Positions 34,851 to 47,830 of a stretch of 64,000 bases of DNA are shown one piece after another. The stretch spans positions 16,122,001 to 16,186,000 of the forward strand of contig NC_086109.1 of assembly GCF_963921235.1 (NCBI RefSeq). The letters run 5' to 3'. Position 1 is the stretch's first letter. The number at the start of each line of letters is the position of its first letter. The DNA comes from Mobula hypostoma. Taxonomy: Eukaryota. The notes under the pieces are model-generated. The model was given only the letters and a program-made list of their open reading frames with translations. It made no database searches and was not told where the DNA came from. The translations under genes were made by a program, and so were the position numbers.

Positions 34851-36962
34851 TCTTATGACATAAATGAAATATGTCAGTAATAATTGACATCATTACCTGG
34901 GTGTCAACATCTCTGTAGATCTATCCTGGGCCCAATGCATTAGTTCATTTACGAAGATGGCACAACAGCAGCTATATTTTATTTGGAATTTGAGGATATT
35001 TGGATGTCACCAAAATCTCTAGCAAATTTCTAGAGGTGTACCTTGGACAGCATTCTAACTAAAAATGCTGCAGGTCGTTGCAAACACAGCCTCTCCATCA
35101 TGGGCACTAACCTATCCTCCATCAAGGACATCTTCAAAAGGCAATACTTCAAAAATGCCACATCCGTCATTAAGGACCACCATCACCAAGCATACAATCT
35201 TTCCCTCATTACTACCATTAGAGAGAGGAGATATACAAATCTGAAAACATACACCCAACATTTTAGAAAGAACTTATTGTAACTCATAGCATTGGTCTGT
35301 AATGCTGCTGCAATGCAAATTCCATGACATATGTCAATGATATTAAACCTGCTTCTGATTCTGATTCTAATCAACCTGATTCTGATTCTGAACCGGGGGT
35401 ACGGGGAAAGTATAGGAAAGTAGCACTCAAGTAAGCCATCAGCCACAATATTATTGAATGGTGGAGCAGGCAATTGGTTTGTTTCTTAGGTAAATCAAGA
35501 CAAAATCTTTATGTTCATGCAGCCACACCAAAAAATAATGAAACTATTTTTAAAAGTAGAGCCTGGGAGCTCCCCCTGGTGTCCTGGACAAGATTTATTC
35601 TTCAAACATCATGAGCAGGATTGAGATGACCCAACATTAACTTGTCATTATAAATGGGAGCTTGCCTTATAGAAGTTGGCTGCCACATTTCCTACATCAT
35701 AACATGAAAAACACCACATTGGTGTCAAATGCTCCGGGCCATACAGAAATGGTGAACACTAGAATAGTAGGTTGTCTTTTTTTATTTTAACCAGCAGCCT
35801 TTTTGCTACCAGCATATTGGATTTTTATTTCAGAATTGTATTTTTTTGTTAGGAGATCATATTCCACGTTGTTGTTCTGTTAATGTATTTTCATTGCTGT
35901 GCTCAGAGCATCATCACATCACTGCATTCATACCAACAAAACTTTCATTTCATTTTAATGACGCAGTTTTCATTTTTGTTTGCTCTGTTTGATTCCATTA
36001 AATAATTCACTTATTTTGCTGCTTTTGCTCCTGTCACACAAGTTACATCTAGAACATTAAACTTGTCTTTTATCCTTGCCAGGGTGCCATGAATTTCAAG
36101 AAGATTCTGTTTATGATTGTAATAGAATAATTGCATCTGGTTTTCAAGTGATACATTGCATAATATTTCTGAAATCCCTTGCCTTTCCATCATCGTCAAC
36201 AATAATTAATTGCAATCATTCCAAATAGCGAGGATTTCATTTGTGATTGAGCATTAATGGTGAAAGAGACATTAAATTCTGCTTAAGATGCTTTGTAATT
36301 GCCCATTTGACACTCTACAAATAATGCTAAATTCCTGGGTTGCAGTTCATAATGACACAGTCGATGGTTACTGCCAAGCTTAATAACTGGTGACAATTTA
36401 ACTCTTGTACTGACTAAACCCAGAACAACCTGCAAATCCCACCATTTCAGGACCATGCCAAGTGCCTTACAGCCAATGGGTTCTACCTCAGCTGTAACCA
36501 TCTTGAAGAGAAGAACACCAGCCTACCCATCAAGAACATATATACAAAAAGGTTCTAGAAAAGGGCCAGTAACATAATAAAGGATCCCCACCCACCCTGC
36601 TTATAGACTGATTGTCAGTGAGAAGGCTACTTAGCATATATGCCAGGACCAGCAGACCCAAAAACATTTACTTTCCCAAAGCAGTAAGGCTGATCAACAT
36701 CTCCAGCCATTAACCCATACCTCCATACTCCCCCCACCATCACTACTTTATCATTTCTTGTCAGTCACCTTATTTACAGACATTCCTGTGCCTAGTGTCA
36801 CTTTACAGACATACAACCATTCTATATAAACTATCTTATGTATTTATATGTATTGTGCTTTTTTATTGCTGTGTCCTTTACCTTATAGTATTGTTTTGAG
36901 CTGCATTGGAACGGGAGTAATGATTATTTTGTTCTCCTCTAGACTTGTGTACTGGAAATTTT

Positions 36963-37754
36963 TTTGGTGGCAAAAATAGGAAAACAGATTATTATCTGAA
37001 TGGTGGCCGATTAGGAAAAGGGAAGGTGCAACGAGACCTGGGTGTCATTATACACCAGTCATTGAAAGTGGGCATGCAGGTACAGCAGGCGGTGAAAAAG
37101 GCGAACGGTATGCTGGCATTTATAGCGAGAGGATTCGAGTACAGGAGCAGGGAGGTACTACTGCAGTTGTACAAGGCCTTGGTGAGACCACACCTGGAGT
37201 ATTGTGTGCAGTTTTGGTCCCCTAATCTGAGGAAAGACATCTTTGCCATAGAGGGAGTACAAAGAAGATTCACCAGATTGATTCCTGGGATGGCAGGTCT
37301 TTCATATGAAGAAAGACTGGATGAACTGGGCTTGTACTCGTTGGAATTTAGAAGATTGAGGGGGGATCTGATTGAAACGTATAAGATCCTAAAGGGATTG
37401 GACAGGCTAGATGCGGGAAGATTGTTCCCGATGTTGGGGAGGTCTAGAACGAGGGGTCACAGTTTGAGGATAGAGGGGAAGCCTTTTAGGACCGAGGTTA
37501 GGAAAAACTTCTTCACACAGAGAGTGGTGAATCTGTGGAATTCTCTGCCACAGCAAACTGTTGAGGCCAGTTCATTAGTTATGTTTAAAAGGAAGTTAGA
37601 TATGGCCCTTGTGGCTACAGGGGTCAGGGGGTGTGGAGGGAAGGCTGGGTTCTGAGTTGGATGATCAGCCATGATCATAATAAATGGCGGTGCAGGCTCA
37701 AAGGGCCGAATGGCCTACTCCTGCACCTATTTTCTATGTTTCTATGTTTCTATG
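36963..37754 (+). mobile_element. Young 5'-truncated CR1, same subfamily as 8148-9640
   Basis: ORF 36945-37655 differs from the shared part of the 452-aa ORF at about 5 residues; same 3' UTR and (TTTCTATG)n tail. Confidence 0.95.
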
Positions 37755-37964
37755 AAATAACATTACACAGTCTTGAATCTTGAACATTCCAAGAGCTGCA
37801 CCTTTCCCAGGAGCCATTTGAAATATCTGGAGAAAAAACTTGTAGACACTGAATCCCTTAAATTATTCCATCCACACCCTGGCAACATCATCCATGTATT
37901 GTGATGTCTCCTGAGGGAGATACCCTATTCGACACCATCACAGAGTATGAATGTCGGGGTGGAG

Positions 37965-38378
37965 ATATGTCTCTATCAGAGGAGGTACAAGGCACACCTT
38001 CCCTCCACTAGCCTGCAGATCACCTTTGGGCAAGGGATAGCATCTGTTTAACCCCTCAGTCGGGGTCACGTGAAGCTGTGGGAGCAGGTGATGGATGTCG
38101 TATGAGCAGATGGTGCATATCACAAGTCCTGGCTATGTGACCATTGACACCAGGCAGACAATCTCTGAAGAGTATTGATAATGGCTGGTCTCACCAGTTT
38201 TGTAAAGACACTGCCCAGAAGAAGGCAATGGCAAACCACTCCGTACAAAAATTTGCCAGGAACAATCATGGTCATGAAAAGTCTCTGATCACCCACATCA
38301 TACGACATGGCACATAACGATAATGTCATACGACATGGCACATAACGATGATGTCATATGACATGGCACATAATGATC
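37965..38378 (+). mobile_element. RTE-related SINE-like repeat
   Basis: Contains GAAGAAGGCAATGGCAAACCACTCC (Bov-A/Sauria-SINE-like RTE motif). Other copies lie at about 24915-25230 (-), 50490-50812 (-) and 54495-54875 (+). Confidence 0.65.
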
Positions 38379-38919
38379 AAACATAGAGTAATACATCATG
38401 GGAACAGGCCCTTTGGCCCGACTGGTCTCTGCTGGCCACGATACCCATCTAAGCTAGTCGCATTTGCCTGCATGTAACCCATATCTCTCTAAAAATCTTC
38501 CTATCCACTTAGCTGCCGTTAATATGCTTATCTTAATCACTTCCCCGGTAGCTGATTCCATAAACTCAATGATGCCCCTTAAGTTCCTACTAAACCTCTC
38601 CCCTCTCATTTTAAACCTATGCCTTCTAGTTCTCAATTCCCCAACCCTGGGGAATAAAAAACTATGAAAATTCACCCTATTTATACCCCCTATGGTTTTA
38701 TACACCTCTGTAAGGTCACCCCATTCTCCTACGCTCCAGCCTGTTCAAACCTCCTCAGAATTCATTTCTTCCAGTCCTGGCAACATCCTTGCAAATCGTT
38801 TCTGCACCCTTTCCATCTTAACGCTTTTGAAATAGAAGATGTTCAATATATGCAACAGCATATTTCCACAAATGACACTATAGAACGAATTCAAAGTAAA
38901 TAATATATTACAGGCAAGT

Positions 38920-39045
38920 GGAAATCTGCAGATGCTGGAAATCTGAGCTACACACACAAAATGCTGGAGGAACTCAGCAGGGCAGGCAGCATTTATGGAA
39001 AGAAGTACAGTCGATGTTTCGGGCCAAAACCCTCCGGCAGGACTT
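38920..39045 (-). mobile_element. Penelope-derived short repeat with a degenerate hammerhead
   Basis: Reads AAATGCTGGAGGAACTCAGCAG...GTCGATGTTTCGGGCC...CAGGACT. Confidence 0.6.
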
Positions 39046-39211
39046 TGACAAATAATATATTATCAAAGTACTTATACTACCCTGAGAACCTTTCTTGCAG
39101 GCATTGCAGCAGAAGAAGAAATACTCTAGGGTCAATGAAAAACTACGCACAAAGACTGTCACACAATTAATTGGAAAAATAAGACAAACTATGCAAATAC
39201 AAATAAAATCA

Positions 39212-39242
<31 letters not shown>

Positions 39243-41105
39243 TAAATACATAACACTGAGACCATGAGTTGTAGAGTCCTTGAAAGTGGGTCCATAGATT
39301 GTGGAATCAATTCAATGTCGAGGTGAGTGGAGCCTGATGGTTAAAGGGTCATAACTTCCTGAACCTGGTGGTGTGGGACCTAGGGTCCCTCCTTCCAAAG
39401 GCAGCTGCGGTAAGAGAGCATAGCCTGGATGATGGGGCAATCACTAATTGCTGGAGATTTTTAGCCTTGTTGATTGAGGAACGATAACACTCTTGGACTT
39501 CTGTGAAATATTCCAATTGTATTTGCCTTAACATCTGAGAGAGAAGGACCCCACTTTAGTATCTTACCTGAAAGACAGGTTGTCCAGATTTACAGCACCC
39601 TCTTAGCCCTGTAGTGAAGTGTCAACATAGAGGTCTGTACTTGAGTTCCCAGGGGAAAAATTGAATCCATGACTTTATGAGTGCAACTCACTGAAATACT
39701 GCTGACTTTGTTTACCATCGTAACTCGCGATATCAGGGTACTCAAGCCCCCAACTGCTGCCTGGGTATAGAGTGCAAGCATTTCAAAGTGAAATCTTCTA
39801 ATGTTCACAGTAGCCCTATACAGTAAAACTATCAAGATGTATTTTCTTTTCTTTAGCATTGCTTTGTCCCTAAGATTATTAATGCAGGCATGTGAAAAGA
39901 GTTGTTTTTGGCATTTTCTTAAAATTATATTCTTTTTCTCATTCATTATTGCCAGTGATGCTAACAGTATGAATTCCAGGAACAAGGCTATTGAAGATAA
40001 GTGCATATAAATAAATAACCTATAAAGAAATATCAAATGGAAATAATTGGTTTTCAAATCCAATATGAGAATAAGCATCAAAGGTTTGGAAATTTTTTTG
40101 TATAGAATAAAAAACAGGAGGAGTTCTCATCTCTTTTTGCCAAACACTGTGGACAAAAGTGCAATTGTTTGACATCACATCATGTTGCATTCAGCAATAA
40201 ATAGATCATAAAAGAAAATATTATCAAGAAACTTCATACTTTTACAGCTGGAGAGATTTGCTGCTTTTATGTTTTGTAACTACAAAACATTAAATTAATT
40301 AAAAGAAAGAAACAGGAGTCCAAAATGTGAGTCAATCTTCATGTTTACTTTAAGCGAGGTGCACATGTATTACGTGGGAGGTAGTGTCATGACCTATGCA
40401 ATTCACTTATTTTTGCATATAACACATAATGAACTATGTAAACAAAAAATGCTTAATCAACAACATATTTACAAGATTACTCAATTATTTCTGAAATATT
40501 AAATACAACACTCTTCCCTGCTTAAAATTCCAACTCAATATAGAATGCATTTCAACTATATACACAGTATATTATACAATACAACTACTATATACAGGTA
40601 TCCACAGCATAGTAAATTTTAAATTATCCCATTCAGGACTAAAGGTTTATTTGTTTTGGAGGCTTTCTTACTCCTGTGGGATAACGTCTTTCCTGACAAG
40701 GGGGGGATCAGTCTGCTTGGCAGGTGAGACTTGTGGCTGCGAAACAATCTCAGGTTCTGGGGCCTCCTCCGTGGTGCTTGTCGGAGTCGATTCTGTGACT
40801 GCAGGAAGTGGTTCTGACAGCGATGGACATCTGTCTTCTGTTGGGCAACGATTCAGGGTGCGCAGCATGAAGACAGTTGTGGCATCATCCAGTACCTTTC
40901 TTAATTTGCTTTCCGTTGATTCTATTACAGGGCATGTGGCATGCAAATGGCAGATGGATCTCCAGTGACGTAGTTGTTGCCTCAGCCGCTTATGACCCCA
41001 CAAAGCTGGCCCTTCTGTTTTTACCATATACAAGTCCAATGTGGCTTGTTGGTTGTATTTCATAGTTATAAATGCCATTCCCACAGGAGTTACCTTTTCT
41101 TTAAG

Positions 41106-41736
41106 AGTCATGGCCCTGACTGAACAGCGGCAGGCATCCAAGATTTGGTGCATCAATTCCCCAGAGGGTGATGAGCTGTCACTATCCCTTTAAGACTCAG
41201 ATCGTCAATTATTTTCTGCTGTATTCCATCAAGAAAAGTCTGTACTTAGGGGCTTTTTGCTGAGCACTCAGTGCTCAGTCCATTTCTAGTGCTTGAACAT
41301 AGAACATAGAAGAATACAGCACAGGCACAGGCCATTCGGCCCACAATGTTGGGCCATACCAACTAAAAATCAAATTAAAAACACCCGAACTCCAATCCCT
41401 CCTACCTGCCCCATGACCAGTTCCCTCCATCTTCCTTACATCATTTGCCTATCCAAGCGTCTCTTAAAAGCCTCTGCTACCATGTATAAAAAAACATGCC
41501 CCTCACATCCCCCTTGAAACTACCCCCTCCCACCTTTAATGCATCCCCGCTGGTAGCAGACATTTCAACCCAGGGAAACAGATATTCTCTATCCATTCTA
41601 TTTATGTTTCTTATTATCTTGTTTGTGATTTTGCCTTTGGAATGAGTTTGTATCGTCTTGTTTATTTCAAAACCGAGTTAATTCTAGACCTCTCTCTGCA
41701 CTTGGGCTCACCACCATCCCTAGCTCTCTTATTACA
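41106..41736 (+). mobile_element. Probable solo LTR inserted in the protease of the 40265-43193 element
   Basis: Interrupts the protease reading (LRTY | KEKVTP) and ends ...CTGCACTTGGGCTC...TTATTACA. It is flanked by TTAAG (41101-41105) and ATAAG (41737-41741). Confidence 0.65.
41297..41620 (-). mobile_element. CR1 LINE 3' fragment nested in the solo LTR
   Basis: AACATAGAACATAG tail and CR1 3'-UTR-like sequence. Confidence 0.7.
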
Positions 41737-43379
41737 ATAAGTTCTTAGCTGGTTATCTGTGGACTTCATTTCAGTACCTTTGAAGTGCTATTCAAACTCA
41801 TTTTCTGAAATGTCTGAGACAGCCAAGCCAGTATCCAATACTATTTGAACAAATTTGTCATTCACTTCAGGTGTAAGCCATATTGCTTGTTTGTTGTTAG
41901 CTTTCACACTTTAAGTCTCAAGGCTACTCAGACCTCTATAACCAGATTTTTCATCAACAGTGTGCAGTTTGGTGCTCTTTTGAAAGTGCAACTTGACTTT
42001 TTATCTTTTTCTCGTCTCTGTGCAGTCCATTTATTTTTGTCTGGCCAACGTTCACTTTGTATGTGCCCTACGTTGTTGCAATTTCTGCAAGTTTCACCTT
42101 TAAATCTGCATTGACCTGGTGTATGTGAGCCCCTGCTACAACAGTTTGTTCAGCCAGGAGGTTTCTGTTTAGATGTTGTGATTTTGCTCATGTTCACTTT
42201 CATTCCTGACTGCAACCCAATTACATCACGGTCTGCTGTTTCCATTGATACAGTTATTTTAATTGCTCTTTTAAATGCAAGTTACATTTCCATTAGGAGC
42301 TGTTTTTGAATGCTTTCTTGTAAGATTCCACAAACTAAATGATCTCTCAGTGCACCATTGAGCCCATTACCAAACTGACAATGCTCAGACAACCTCTTCA
42401 ATCCAGCCACATGTGCTGGAATGGACTCCCTTTCCTTTTGATTCTGCTTATGAAAACTAAGGGATTTAGGATTCAACAATAGTTTCAGTTCTAAATGGTC
42501 CCGCATTTTCACGATATCAGCAAAGCTCATTTTGGCTGGTTTGTTTGGAGTAGTCAAACCCCTAAGCAAACTATGTGCCATTAAATCCAATGCACTCAGC
42601 AGAAGTGGCAGTCACTTCTCGTTAGCTATTTAAAATGCCTCTCTATCCACTCAGTATACAAAATCCTGTTATCTTTTGTGTCATCAAATGCATCAATCTT
42701 TCCAATGTAACCAGCCATTTCTGCCCTTTTTTATGATTATTATCACCCAGTACTCACTGTTTATGAACCTGCAATTTCCCCTGCTTTCTACCAGTTTTTT
42801 TATTCAATTGTCTTTCCTTCTGAGAGGAAAGCATGCAGCTCCAAAGAAAAAAATTGGGCTGCGCTGCTCTTTTGTTTAACTCGAACGTCTCTCGTTGTGC
42901 TTCAACAGTCATCTCGGGTTGATTTTAAAAATACTTTGTTGCCACTGTTATTGTTTGTAACTCCAAAACATTAAACTAATTAAAAGAAAGACACAGGAGC
43001 CTGATATACAAATCTAACTTTGTGTTTACTTTAAGCAAGTCGCATCTGTATTACCTCGTAGCATCATGATGTATACAATACATGTAGTTTCACACATGAC
43101 CCATAATGAATTATTTAAACAAACGAAGAATACTTAATCAACAACATATTTGCAAGATTACTCACTTATTACTGAAACGGTGAATACACAACTGCTGTAT
43201 TACGCTTTGAACAAGCTTGGATTTGCCTATTTAAAAAGAGAGATTAAAAGGTTAGTTATATTGGCACATGGACATGTGAACATATGGAGAAATACATCAC
43301 TTGCATCAGATCAAATGAACAAGAACTGTGCTGGGCAGCATGCAAATATCGACATGCTTCCAGCACCAACATAGCATAA

Positions 43380-43550
43380 CCTAACCCGTTTTTGTCTTTG
43401 GAATGTGGGAGGAAACCAGAGCACCTGGTGGAGACCAGCTTGGTCACAGGCAAATTGTACAAACTCCTTACAAGCAGCATGGGAACTGAACCCCCATCTT
43501 ACAGTCGGTGCTGAAAAAGTGTTATAATAATCGTTAGACTACCAAACCAT
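43380..43550 (-). mobile_element. V-SINE/HE1-like fragment
   Basis: Reads TCTTTGGAATGTGGGAGGAAACCAGAGCACCTG...GTACAAACTCCTTACA; similar sequence at about 24135-24260. Confidence 0.6.
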
Positions 43551-45439
43551 GCCATGTGACCATTGCACGGGTCCTCATTAATATCCACACACTGGCTTTG
43601 GATGCAAACTTATGTACTTTACTCCCTGTGACTTAAAGAGTTATAATTGTCTTGTCATTAATTATCGAAGTGGATGATCAAAAATATTACTGCCACTAAT
43701 TTTCTGTAGCTGATTAATGGGTAAATTCCTGGACTTTGACGTCAAGCTCCCCAATAACCACATAACTACAATATACTTACATTGGTGTTACTTCGTTATA
43801 AATAAACACCACAGTCTAGTATGGAATTATCAATGCCCAAGAACAGAAAAGTCTACAAAATTAATTAATACAGCCTAGTTCATCAGAGGAAAACATCTCC
43901 CTACCAGTGAGCAGATCTACAAAGAGCACGCCTGACAGACAGCCTCATCCATCGTCGAAGACACCCACCATACAAATCATGCTCTCTGCTTGCTGCTACC
44001 ATCAGAACTGAGGTACAGGAACCTTAGGTCCCACACCCACAGGTTTGGGAACACCTTTACGTTTCAAGTATCAGGCTTCTGAAGCAGTGGAGATAACTTC
44101 ACTCACTTCAACATGGAACTGACTTCACAAAATACAAACACTGTCAAGGAACTCATGTTTACAGTATTATTTATTTAATCTATTTAACTATCTATTTGTT
44201 TTCTATTTGCACAGTGTGTCACCTTTTGCAGACTACTTGATTTTCATTCTTCATGTGTAGTTTGTCAGTATACTATTGCATTTCTTTGTTCTAACATGAA
44301 TGCTTGTAAGAAAATAAAATACAGCGTTGTATACAGTAACATATACATATTTTGATAATAAATGTACTTTAAACTTTGAACTTTCATTTTCTTTTCGCTG
44401 TTATCTGCTAAGACTACATCTGCTCTCTCTGTGAGGGGAGCACAACCATTCACAACACAGGTAAAGAGTTGGCATGGGGGATGAGGGAAAGATATCAAGG
44501 TGTTCCCTCAAAGACAAGTAAGAGCTTTTCTGAAAGAGCTGAGGCGATTAGCTTGTTGATTTTGGACTGAGAGTCACAAGAAGGGATCAAAGTTCAAAGC
44601 GACCTTATTATCAATGTATACTACCCCAAGATTCATTTTCTTGCAGGCATTCTCAGTAAATACAAAGAAGCATAATAGAAGCAATGAAAGGCAAACAAAG
44701 ACAAACAAGCAAATATGTGCAAAAGACAACAAATTGTTCAAATACAATAAATAAATAAATAAACAAACAAACAAACAAACAAATAAATAAACAAACAAAT
44801 AATATTGAGAATGAGCTGTACAGTCCTTGAAAGTGAGTCCTTAGGATAGGAACCAGTTCAATGTTGGCGTGAGTGAAATTATCCACTCTTATTCAGGATC
44901 CTGATGGTTGACGGATAATAATTGTTCCTGAACCTGATGGTGTGGGACTTAAGACTCCTGTCCTTCCTTCCTGATGGCAGCAGTGAGAAGAGAGCATGGC
45001 CAGAATGGTGGGGGGGTCATTTATGATGGATGCTGCTCTCCTGTCAGAGTGCTTCTTGTACATGTGCTAAATGGTGGGCAGGGCTTTACCCTGGGCTGCA
45101 CCCACTGCTTTTTGTAGGCTTTTCCATTCAAGAGCATTGATGTTTCCATATCAGGCCGTGAAGCAACCAGTCAGTTGACTCATCACCATGCATCTAAAGA
45201 AGTTTGTCAAAGTTTTAGATGACATGCCGAATCTTTGCAAACTTCCGAAGAAGAAGAGGCACTACCATGTAATACATTGTAATGACACTTAATGCCATGT
45301 AATTCATTGTAATGACACTTACTAGCTGGACCGCAGACAGATACTCTGAAATGATCCAACCAGTGAGAATCCGAACACCATTAAATCATGACTGAATCAA
45401 TTAATAAAGGCATACTTCTATTAATGACAAGATCATTTG

Positions 45440-47830
45440 CAGCAAAAGCTGTCAACATAAGCAAGACAGAAGTTCTATTTCAACCTGCTCCTGGGTCAGC
45501 TGCCACCACCCAATCTATCACTATCGAGGGAACAAGACTGAGAGCAGTGGAAGAATCCAAGTATCTCTGCAGTGTCATAGCTCACTAGACAGAGAAATCA
45601 GCACCAGCATTTGCAAGGCCAGCCAGAGCCTTAGTTGACGGAACCAGCACAAGTTGCACAACATCCCCCGTCCACAAAACTAAATGTCTACGATGCAGTT
45701 GTCATCAGCAGTCTCCTGTATGGATGTGAAACCTGGACCGTATACAGAAGACACCTCAAAATGCTGGAGAGATTCCATATACAGAAAGTTATAAAATTAG
45801 TCAGCTCCATCATCAGTACTCCCCTCTGTATTATCAAGGACATCAATAGAAGTTTGTTGAAGTTTTAGATGACATACCGAATCTTCGCAAACTTCCAAGA
45901 AAGTAGAGGTGCTGCCATGTATTTCATTGTAATGACACTTACTGCCAAGTAATTCATTGTAACGACACTTACTTGCTGGAGCCAGGACAGATCCTAGTCC
46001 CGGTCTAGACAAAGGGCTTTTCGTAGCAGCGGTGCCTGGTCCTAGTGCGAGATACATTGCAGTTTAGACAATTTATAAGCCGGCCTAGATCGGAGGTAAG
46101 AGCCGAGTTTGCTGGCTCTTCATGACGTTCACTCCTCTCTCCAGGGCAGTGGAGCCTTTCACTGTTCCGTCGTTGGGTCAATTTAAATGCTGGCCCAGAT
46201 AAACTGAAAAGACAGGCTGTCAATTGAGACAAAAGCTGATTTTGTCTGGTCTCTGTATTGGTCATCTCCATGGCACTGAGGCAATGAAGGCTGCCCTGGC
46301 TGCTGTGTTCCATGCCTACTAATATGATGAACTGATAAGAAGGGCTTCTGGCCTACTCCAGGCTGCTCCGGGGTAATGTTGCCAACTGTCCCGTATTAGC
46401 TGGGGCAACCAAAATATTGGGCTAAATTAGTTTGTCCCATATGGGACCACCCTTGTCCTGTATTTCCCCCCGCTAAGGTAGAGCATTCCTATGAAACCTT
46501 TTGTGCCAAAATGGCGTGAAGTGAAGAAGCAATTACTGTACCATTAATTTATATGGGAAACATTTTTGAGTGTTCCCAGACCCAAAAAATAACCTACCAA
46601 ATCATACCAAATAACACATAAAACCTAAAATAACACTAACATATAGTAAAAGCAGGAATGATGTGATAAATACACAGCCTATATAAAGTAGAAATAATGT
46701 ATGTACAAGGAACACACATCAAAGTTGCTGGTGAACACAGCAGGCGTGTACATACACTGTATGTACAGTGTAGTTTCACTGAACAGAATTGTCAAAACCG
46801 ATTTGTAGAAAAAAAATCGGCACATACATGAATGCATGTCACGTATGCGCACGCAAGTGCCCACGCAAGGCTTCATGGTCATGGTAGTCTTTCTCGGGGT
46901 AAACACAAGTGTCCCGTATTTGACTGCTACTTTTGTCCCTTATTTGGGAGTGAGAAAGTTGGCAACCCTTCTCCGGGGTTCGGATCAGAGGACTCATTTT
47001 CGGTACGGAATGCTGTTGTTCGCTTCACTTGTTTGCATGACTTGTATTTATTTTCTTTCTCTTGCTTATTGAGTGTTGGCCCTTTATTTTTATTTTTATT
47101 CTTTCTCTTCTTTATATTGGGTTCTTTTGGGTTTCTTGCTTTGTGGCTACCTGTGAGCAAAGAAATCTCAAGATTGTATAATAAATGTACTTGAATCTTG
47201 AATCTTTAAGGATTGCCAACAACCAGGACATGCCCTCTTTTCATTGTTACCATCAGGAAGGAGGTACAGAAGCCTGAAGGCACACAATAATTCAGGAACA
47301 GCTTCTTCCCCCCTGCCACCCAATTCCTAAATGGACATTGAACCCATGAACACTCCAACATTACTTCTTATTTCTGGGTTTTTTTTTGCACTACTTAGAT
47401 AATTGAGCTCTTTGATATACATATATGTACTTACTGTAAATCAGGATTTTTTTTGAGATATAATTATCATGTACTGCATTGTACTGCTGCCACAAAGCTA
47501 ACAAATTTCACAACATATGCCGGTGAAGTTAAACCTGATTCTGATTCATATGCATAGTCTAAGGTTGATCTTTGTCGTCCGTTGGCAGGACTGAGTCACA
47601 GCCTGGAGGTCCTCAACAGGGCAGGGCCCATGAGCGTTGAGGCCATGATTGCAAATGCACATACACATGAGGGACTGTCAAATCGCCAAGCAGCTACTAT
47701 ACGGTGAGTTTTCGCTGGGCAGCTGGAATCGAGGCAGGTTCTATAACAGGTTCAAAGACTGCATGAAAGCTAACATTGCACCCGCTGGGCTTGTACCAGA
47801 GTGGCTGGCGAGCCTTGGGTAGAACTACTC
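45440..47830 (+). mobile_element. Decayed RTE-clade LINE split by later insertions
   Basis: VNISKTEVLFQPAP...KYLCSVI and TKLNVYDAVVISSLLYGCETWTVYRRHLKMLERFH (45440-45780) resume at about 47570-47800 (KQLLYGE...RFKDCMKANI). Confidence 0.7.
46374..46970. mobile_element. hAT-family MITE
   Basis: Imperfect TIRs (TAATGTTGCCAACT / AGTTGGCAACCCTT) and a perfect 8-bp TSD CTCCGGGG at 46366-46373 and 46971-46978. Confidence 0.85.

Larger units (their letters stand above)
40265..43193 (-). mobile_element. Second Mag-like Gypsy LTR element, internally deleted (gag and protease only), with nested insertions
   Basis: LTR pair at 42946-43193 and 40265-40510 (about 250 bp, diverged), TSD GCTGC/GCTGT, degenerate PBS TGGCAACAAAG (42934-42944 reverse complement) and PPT at 40511-40521 (reverse complement). 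Gag ORF 42282-42590 reads HKQNQKERESI...LSEHCQFG...LRDHLVCG, with knuckle CRNCNNVGH and protease IVLDTGLAVS near 41830. ORF 40668-41156 joins the protease end directly to the integrase C-tail. Confidence 0.88.

Noticed and set aside
39590..40081. 163-aa minus-strand ORF
   Set aside because: AT-rich, no recognisable domain, and partly overlaps a SINE remnant.
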